From Vicinamibacteria bacterium (GTDB lineage Bacteria; Acidobacteriota; Vicinamibacteria; Marinacidobacterales; Marinacidobacteraceae), in contig OZ241322.1 in the NCBI GenBank assembly GCA_965199715.1, forward strand, positions 1,728,001 through 1,792,000: a stretch of 64,000 nt of DNA, written 5' to 3'. The translations under genes were made by a program, and so were the position numbers. Under the pieces are notes generated by a model. The model worked only from the letters and a program-made list of their open reading frames with translations. It had not been told where the DNA came from and did not search any database. Below, one piece after another: positions 58,331 through 64,000 of this stretch (position 1 is its first letter; each line of letters opens with the position of its first letter).

Positions 58331-59113
58331 TCAGAGGGGAGCGTCGGCGGGCGGCGAGGACGCGGTCGCGTAGCGGCGGCGCGGCATCCGCCCGGCGAGG
58401 AACGCGAGCCGCCCGGCCTCGACGCCGTGGCGCACGGCCCGCGCCATCGCGACCGGGCGCCGCGCCGCGGCGACGGCGGTGTTGAGCAGCACCCCGTCGG
58501 CGCCGAGCTCCATCGCGACGGCCACGTCCGACGCGGTTCCGACCCCCGCGTCCACGATGACCGGGATCGAGACCGCTTCCCGGATGAGGGTGACGTTGTT
58601 GCGGTTCTGGATCCCGAGACCGGAGCCGATCGGAGCCCCGAGCGGCATCACCGCCGCCGCGCCGGCGTCCTCCAGCTTCTTGGCCATGACCACGTCGTCG
58701 TTCGTGTACGGAAGCACCACGAAGCCGTCCGCGACCAGCTCGCGCGTCGCCTTGAGCAGCTCCTCGTTGTCGGGATAGAGGGTCTTGCGGTCGCCGATGA
58801 CCTCCAGCTTGACCCACGCCGAGAGCCCGGCCTCCCGCCCGAGCCGGGCGGTGCGCACCGCCTCGGCGGCGGTGAAGCAGTCGGCCGTGTTGGGGAGCAG
58901 CGCCAGCCGGTCGCGGGGGATGAAGTCCAGGAGCGTGCGCCTGGCCTCGAGGTCCACCCGGCGCACCGCGACGGTGACCATTTCGCAACCGGAGGCCTCG
59001 TGGCACTCGCGCATGAGCTCGTTCGAGGCGTACTTGCCGGTGCCGAGGATGAGCCGCGAGCCGAACGCGCGGCCCGCGATGGTCAGGGGCGCGTCGTCCA
59101 CCGGTTCAGCCAC
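58331..59113 (-). CDS. thiG: Thiazole synthase
   Basis: [37 protein letters not shown]. Confidence 0.96.
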   Translation of the reverse strand: MAEPVDDAPLTIAGRAFGSRLILGTGKYASNELMRECHEASGCEMVTVAVRRVDLEARRTLLDFIPRDRLALLPNTADCFTAAEAVRTARLGREAGLSAWVKLEVIGDRKTLYPDNEELLKATRELVADGFVVLPYTNDDVVMAKKLEDAGAAAVMPLGAPIGSGLGIQNRNNVTLIREAVSIPVIVDAGVGTASDVAVAMELGADGVLLNTAVAAARRPVAMARAVRHGVEAGRLAFLAGRMPRRRYATASSPPADAPL

Positions 59114-59324
59114 CGCCGACGAAGGTCACGATCTCGACCCGGTCGCCCTCGCGGATCGGCGTCTCGGCGTGATGCTGGCGGCGCACCAGGGCGCCGTTCA
59201 GCTCCACGGCCACCGGCCGCGCGCCGAGTCCGAGCGATTCGAGCGCGCTGCGGACCGAGACCGGAGCGGGAAACACCCGCGGCTTCCCGTTCAGGGCGAT
59301 GCGCACGGACGGCTGCGGCTCCAT
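59106..59324 (-). CDS. thiS: Sulfur carrier protein ThiS
   Basis: VAVELNG...[13 protein letters not shown]. Confidence 0.93.
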   Translation of the reverse strand: MEPQPSVRIALNGKPRVFPAPVSVRSALESLGLGARPVAVELNGALVRRQHHAETPIREGDRVEIVTFVGGG

Positions 59325-60718
59325 CAAGTCTTCTCGAATGGTAACCCCGCCATCAGCCCCTGGAGCAGGTCCGCGAGCTCCTCGATCTCGCCCGGAAGCA
59401 GCGTGCGCGGATCGAGCAGGACCATCCCGTCGCGCACCCGCGCGGCGACCGGCGGATCGCCCGAAAGCAGCGTCCGTCGAATCGTCTCGGCGGAAAGGCC
59501 GGTCCGCGACAGCGCGAGGCAGACCGTGGGGAGCTCGGCTTGCGGAGCCGCGCCGCCGCCGACCCGCGACGCGCCGGCCACGGCTTCCACGGTCCAGCCG
59601 GGGGGCGGGTCGAGCCGGTCCCGGAGCGCTTCGGTCTCGCGCCTCAACTCCTCGAGCGGGCGGGCGAGCGCCCGCAGCACCGGGACTTCCTCCTGCGCCT
59701 GCCCCGAGGCGTGGCTTCCCAGCGTGGCGACGAGCCCGGCGATCGCGGTCTTGTCGGCCCGCAGCGCCCGCGCCAGCGGGTTCGTCCGGCAACGGGCGAT
59801 CCACTCGGGTGCGCCGAGCAGGACCCCGGCCTGCGGTCCGCCGAGCAGCTTGTCCCCGGAGAAGATCACGAGGTCCGGCCCCGCAGCGAGGCATCCCTCG
59901 ATCGTGGGTTCGTCCGCGCCGTCGAGGTGGACCGTGTTGCCGCTCCCGAAGTCCTCCACCACCGGAATCCCGAAGTCCGCCCCGAGCTGCGCAAGCTCGC
60001 GGGTCGAGGCCGATTCGGTGAAGCCCACGATCCGGAAGTTGGACGGGTGGACCCGAAGCAGCGCCGCGATTCCCTCCTCGGTCTCGAGCGCCCTCCGGTA
60101 GTCGGCGATCCGGGTGCGGTTCGTCGTCCCCACCTCGACGAGGCCGGCGCCGCTGCGCTTCATGATCTCGGGGATCCGGAACGAGCCGCCGATCTCGACC
60201 AGCTCGCCCCGGGACACCACGACCTTCCGGCCCCGCGCCACGGTGTCCAGCGCGAGCAGCACCGCGCCCGCCGCGTTGCCCACGACGAGCGCGGCGCGCC
60301 CGGGAAACATCGTGGCGACGAGGTCGGCGACATGATCCTGCCGGCTGCCGCGCCCGCCGGTCCCGAGGTCGAACTCGAGGTCGGTATAGGAGGTCGCGGC
60401 CTCGAACATGGCGGCGGCCGCCGCCGGAGAGACCGGCGAGCGCCCGAGGTTCGTGTGCACGACTACGCCGGTGGCGTTCACGACCCGCCGCAGGCCGGCA
60501 GCACGCAGGCGGTCGCGGGTGCCGGACGCGAGGCGCTGCGCCTCGAGGGAGCTCGCGGGAACCGCTTCGCCGTCTTGGATCGAACGCCGGACCGCGCCCA
60601 GCTCGGCGCGCAGCGCCGCCTTGACCGGTCCTCGTCCGAATCGGGCCGCGAGCGCCCGGAACGGCTCGGTCTCGAGGAGCCGCCCGACCGCGGGAATGCT
60701 CTCGGGAGACGGCCGCAT
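59324..60718 (-). CDS. selA: L-seryl-tRNA(Sec) selenium transferase
   Basis: NATGVVVHTNLGRS, SRGELVEIGGSFRIP, EVGTTNRT, FSGDKLLGGPQAG, RALRADK. Confidence 0.95.
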   Translation of the reverse strand: MRPSPESIPAVGRLLETEPFRALAARFGRGPVKAALRAELGAVRRSIQDGEAVPASSLEAQRLASGTRDRLRAAGLRRVVNATGVVVHTNLGRSPVSPAAAAAMFEAATSYTDLEFDLGTGGRGSRQDHVADLVATMFPGRAALVVGNAAGAVLLALDTVARGRKVVVSRGELVEIGGSFRIPEIMKRSGAGLVEVGTTNRTRIADYRRALETEEGIAALLRVHPSNFRIVGFTESASTRELAQLGADFGIPVVEDFGSGNTVHLDGADEPTIEGCLAAGPDLVIFSGDKLLGGPQAGVLLGAPEWIARCRTNPLARALRADKTAIAGLVATLGSHASGQAQEEVPVLRALARPLEELRRETEALRDRLDPPPGWTVEAVAGASRVGGGAAPQAELPTVCLALSRTGLSAETIRRTLLSGDPPVAARVRDGMVLLDPRTLLPGEIEELADLLQGLMAGLPFEKT

Positions 60719-60751
60719 CCGGCGAGATTAGCCGGTAGCATCCTCCGCCCC

Positions 60752-62290
60752 GTGACCGAAAACCGACCGAATTCCGCCTCCCGGCGGGCCGTTTTGAGCG
60801 TGACCCGGAAGGATGGGCTGGCCGAGCTGGCCCGGGGCCTTCTGGAGCGCGGCTTCGAGCTCGTCGCGAGCGGCGGCACCGCGCGGCACCTCGGCGAGCA
60901 TGGAATCGCCTTCCGGGCCGTGGCCGACGTGACCGGGCAGCCCGAGATCCTCGGCGGGCGGGTCAAGACCCTCCACCCGATCATCCACGGCGGAATCCTC
61001 GCCCGGCGCTCCGAACCCGCCGACATGGCGACGCTCGAGGGCCAGGCCATCCTCCCGGTGGACGTGGTCGCGGTGAACTTCTACCCGTTCGAGGAGACGC
61101 TCGCGAGCGGGGCCGACGAGGCCGCGATCCGCGAGAACATCGACATCGGCGGGCCGTGCCTCGTGCGCGCCGCCGCCAAGAACTGGCCGGACGTCCTCGT
61201 GGCGGTGGACCCCGGCGACTACCCGGCGGTGCTCGAGGCGCTGGACGCCGGAGCCGACGCGGCCCCGGTCCGGCGCACGCTGGCGGCGCGGGCGTTCCGG
61301 GCCACCGCGGACTACGAGAGCCGGATCGCGGGCTGGCTGGACGACGACGTCTTCCGGCCCGCGTTCGAGCGCGTCTCCACGCTGCGCTACGGCGAGAACC
61401 CGCACCAGTCCGCCGCGCTCTACCGCGATCCCGGGTCCGCGGTCGGAATCCCCTTCGGGAAGAAGCTGGGCGGGCGCGAGCTCTCCTACAACAACATCCT
61501 CGACCTCGACGCGGCGCTGCGGGCGGTGGCCGACCTCGGCGAGCTCGGCCCTGCGGCCGCGGTGGTCATCAAGCACCTGAACCCGGCCGGCGCGGCGGTC
61601 GCGGGCACGCTCGCGGACGCCTACCGGGGGGCCCGCGCCACCGATCCGGTCTCGGCGTTCGGCGGCATCGTGGGCCTCTCGCGCCCGGTGGACGCCGCCA
61701 CCGCCGCCGAGCTCGCGAAGACCTTCCTCGAGGCCATCGTGGCGCCCGGCTTCGAGCCCGACGCGCTGGCGCGGCTGAAGCGGAAGAAGAAGCTGCGGCT
61801 GATCGACGTGGGGTCGCTCGCCGACTTCCGCCCGTCCGGTCCGCATTTCGCCCGCGTGGCCGGCGGCCTGCTGGTGCAGGACTGGGACGGGGCCGGCGCG
61901 GACGAGGGGTTCCGCGTCGTGACCCGCCGGCAGCCGACCGCCGAGGAGCGCGAGGGCCTCGCCTTCGCTTGGCGGGCGGCGCGGCACGTTCGCTCCAACG
62001 CCATCTTGCTCGCCCGGCGAACCGCCCTCGTCGGCGTCGGCGCGGGCCAGATGAGCCGGCTCGACTCCTGCGGGCTCGCGGTCAAGAAGGCCCGGTCGCC
62101 CACCGAGGGGACCGTCGCCGCGTCCGACGCCTTCTTCCCGTTCCGTGACGGCCTCGACGCCCTCGCTGACGCGGGGGTGACGGCCGTGATCCAGCCGGGC
62201 GGCTCGGTGCGCGACGACGAGGTCGTCGCCGCCGCCGACGAGCGCGGCATGGCGATGGGCTTAACCGGAGTCCGGCACTTCCGGCACTGA
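60752..62290 (+). CDS. purH: Bifunctional AICAR transformylase / IMP cyclohydrolase
   Basis: GRVKTLHP, IDIGGP, LRYGENPHQ, SDAFFPF, RHFRH. Confidence 0.97.
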   Translation: MTENRPNSASRRAVLSVTRKDGLAELARGLLERGFELVASGGTARHLGEHGIAFRAVADVTGQPEILGGRVKTLHPIIHGGILARRSEPADMATLEGQAILPVDVVAVNFYPFEETLASGADEAAIRENIDIGGPCLVRAAAKNWPDVLVAVDPGDYPAVLEALDAGADAAPVRRTLAARAFRATADYESRIAGWLDDDVFRPAFERVSTLRYGENPHQSAALYRDPGSAVGIPFGKKLGGRELSYNNILDLDAALRAVADLGELGPAAAVVIKHLNPAGAAVAGTLADAYRGARATDPVSAFGGIVGLSRPVDAATAAELAKTFLEAIVAPGFEPDALARLKRKKKLRLIDVGSLADFRPSGPHFARVAGGLLVQDWDGAGADEGFRVVTRRQPTAEEREGLAFAWRAARHVRSNAILLARRTALVGVGAGQMSRLDSCGLAVKKARSPTEGTVAASDAFFPFRDGLDALADAGVTAVIQPGGSVRDDEVVAAADERGMAMGLTGVRHFRH

Positions 62291-62314
62291 CCCGCTTCCT
62301 ATAATCCGCCGGTC

Positions 62315-64000
62315 ATGCCGGGCTTGTCGCTGCTCCTGCTGGGGATCGCGGCGGCTTGGCAGCCGGTCGCGGTGGACTCGGTGGCGGAGGCCTACCGGGT
62401 GTTCGGCGAGGGGCGCGCGGCCGAAGAGTCGGGGGAACTCGCCGCCGCCGCCGACGCGTACGAGCGGGCGGCGGCGCTCGACCCCGAAGGCTCCGGTCCG
62501 CTCGTGGCGCTCGCCGCGGTGCGCGCCCGGGAAGAGGATCTGGACGGCGCCCGCGAAGCCGCCGTCGAGGCGGTCCGGCGCGATCCCGACGCGGCGGCGG
62601 CCCACCGGCTGCTCGGCGAGCTGCACCTCCTCGCGTTCCGCGCCGACCAGGATCCGGCGACCGCCGACCGGGCCATCGCCGCGTTCGAGGCGGTGCTCCG
62701 GGTGGAGCCCGACGACCTCCGCAGCCGGTCCCGGCTGGCGCGGGCGCTCGGCATGATGCAGCGCCCCGACGACGCGGAGTTCCACCTCCGCGAGCTCGTG
62801 CGCCGCGCCCCCGAGGCGTACGGCGAGTACGTCCTCCTCGCCGAGCTGCGGCTGCGCGACGGCGATCCGACGCAGGCGTTCGCCGACGTGCTCCAGGCGC
62901 TGCGGATCGAGCCCCGCCAGCCCGCGGCGCTGGAGCTCGTGGACGAGATCCTCGCGACCGAAGACCCCGACTTCGACCGCGCCGGCGCGCTGGAAGCCCT
63001 CGCCGACCTGCACGGGAAGGCCGTCGAGGACCACCCCGAGGATCCCGAGCTCGGGATCGCGCACGCCGACGCGCTCGCGCGGCAGGGCCGGGGCGACGAA
63101 GCCCGCGCCGCGTTCGAGCGCGTGCTGGCCGGCGACCCGGACAACGCCGCCGCCCTGTGGGGCGTGTCGGTGGTGCTGCGGACGCAGCATCGGCTGGACG
63201 ACGCCGAGGCGGCGCTCAACCGGATGGTGGAGCTCGACGACGCTTCGGTGCCGGCCCGGTTCGCCCTTTCCGGGATCCACTTCGAGCGCTGCGACTACGC
63301 GCGGGCCGGCGAGGAGATCGACGCGCTGCTCGGCCTTCCCGACAACGCCTTCGGACCGCACAGCCGCCCCGACTTTCTCGTGCGCCGGGCGCACGTCGAG
63401 CAGGCGCTCGGCCGGTACCCCGACGCGGTCGAGACGCTGCTGCGCGCCGTGGAGTTCGCCCGCGACCGGCGCGACCTCCTCCGGTTCCGGGTGCTCGCGG
63501 TCGAGGGCCGGCTGCTCGCCGGAGAGGTCGAGGAAGCGGCGCGAGAAGTGAGCCTGCTGGTGGCCCGGCATCCGGACGAGCTCGCCGTGGCCGCGCTCGA
63601 GGCGCGGGTGAAGGCGGCGCTCGGCGAGGCGAAGGCCGCCCGGCAGGTCTTCGAGAAGCTGCTGGAGGAAAACCCCGACGACCCGGCCCTCGTCCACGCC
63701 TTCGCCCGGCATCTCGCCGGGGAGCAGGACTTCGCCGGGGCCGAGACCGTGGTCCGTTCGTGGCTGGAGGGCGATCCCGACAACGTCGCGTTCCGGTTCC
63801 AATTGGGAGCGGTTCTCGAGCGGCAGGGCCGCGCCGCCGACGCGGAGGCCGCGTTCCGGGCGGTGCTCGCCGCGTCGCCGGACCACGCGCTCGCGCTCAA
63901 CTACCTCGGCTACATGCTTAGCGCGTTCCCGGATCGGCTCGAGGAGTCGGAGCGGCTGATCCGGGGGGCGCTCGCCGCCGACCCGTACAACGGCTCGTAC
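62315..64000 (+). CDS. Secreted TPR protein (runs off window end)
   Basis: TATAAT 62300-62305; MPGLSLLLLGIAAAWQ signal; TPRs ending ALNYLGYML. Confidence 0.85.
   Translation, partial: MPGLSLLLLGIAAAWQPVAVDSVAEAYRVFGEGRAAEESGELAAAADAYERAAALDPEGSGPLVALAAVRAREEDLDGAREAAVEAVRRDPDAAAAHRLLGELHLLAFRADQDPATADRAIAAFEAVLRVEPDDLRSRSRLARALGMMQRPDDAEFHLRELVRRAPEAYGEYVLLAELRLRDGDPTQAFADVLQALRIEPRQPAALELVDEILATEDPDFDRAGALEALADLHGKAVEDHPEDPELGIAHADALARQGRGDEARAAFERVLAGDPDNAAALWGVSVVLRTQHRLDDAEAALNRMVELDDASVPARFALSGIHFERCDYARAGEEIDALLGLPDNAFGPHSRPDFLVRRAHVEQALGRYPDAVETLLRAVEFARDRRDLLRFRVLAVEGRLLAGEVEEAAREVSLLVARHPDELAVAALEARVKAALGEAKAARQVFEKLLEENPDDPALVHAFARHLAGEQDFAGAETVVRSWLEGDPDNVAFRFQLGAVLERQGRAADAEAAFRAVLAASPDHALALNYLGYMLSAFPDRLEESERLIRGALAADPYNGSY

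Noticed and set aside
59324-60718. Selenoprotein with in-frame TGA and SECIS near selA
   Set aside because: No gene in the window shows a TGA at a conserved Cys position with a continuing frame
1-64000. CRISPR array, rRNA, retron or prophage structural genes
   Set aside because: No regularly spaced repeats, rRNA-like sequence, RT motifs or capsid/terminase genes recognised

Overview
A very GC-rich bacterial chromosomal segment. The gene content (GWxTD protein, CRTAC1/FG-GAP + TPR pair, VPS10-like and DUF5916-like secreted proteins, PQQ dehydrogenase/cytochrome c module, Sel1 remnant) points by inference to Acidobacteriota, possibly host-associated. Intact housekeeping genes (rpiA, polA, ogt, a cyclophilin, tadA, tRNA-Ser(CGA), uvrA, nth, thiG, thiS, selA, purH) alternate with metabolic/envelope modules and a decaying accessory zone (about 29-46 kb). 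That zone holds two M20 peptidase-like lipoprotein paralogs sharing a 520-bp identical tract, a decayed integrative element with mrr between them, IS3 and IS481-like remnants, a RelE-like TA remnant, and an AAA/HNH/HEPN-MNT defence-like cluster. Most notable: (1) a CxxC + C-terminal RAPP leader ORF (DUF2946/CruR-like) with its own sigma70 promoter and an RBS-sequestering hairpin in front of an ABC system, a candidate metal-responsive ribosome-stalling switch; (2) pervasive -10 boxes 6-10 nt before start codons, suggesting leaderless expression; (3) a translationally coupled cytochrome c / non-canonical PQQ enzyme / beta-propeller / outer-membrane protein operon; (4) a tadA stop codon inside the tRNA-Ser gene; (5) many accessory pseudogenes. 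No CRISPR array, rRNA or reverse transcriptase was seen. All family calls come from motif recognition by eye, not from database searches.
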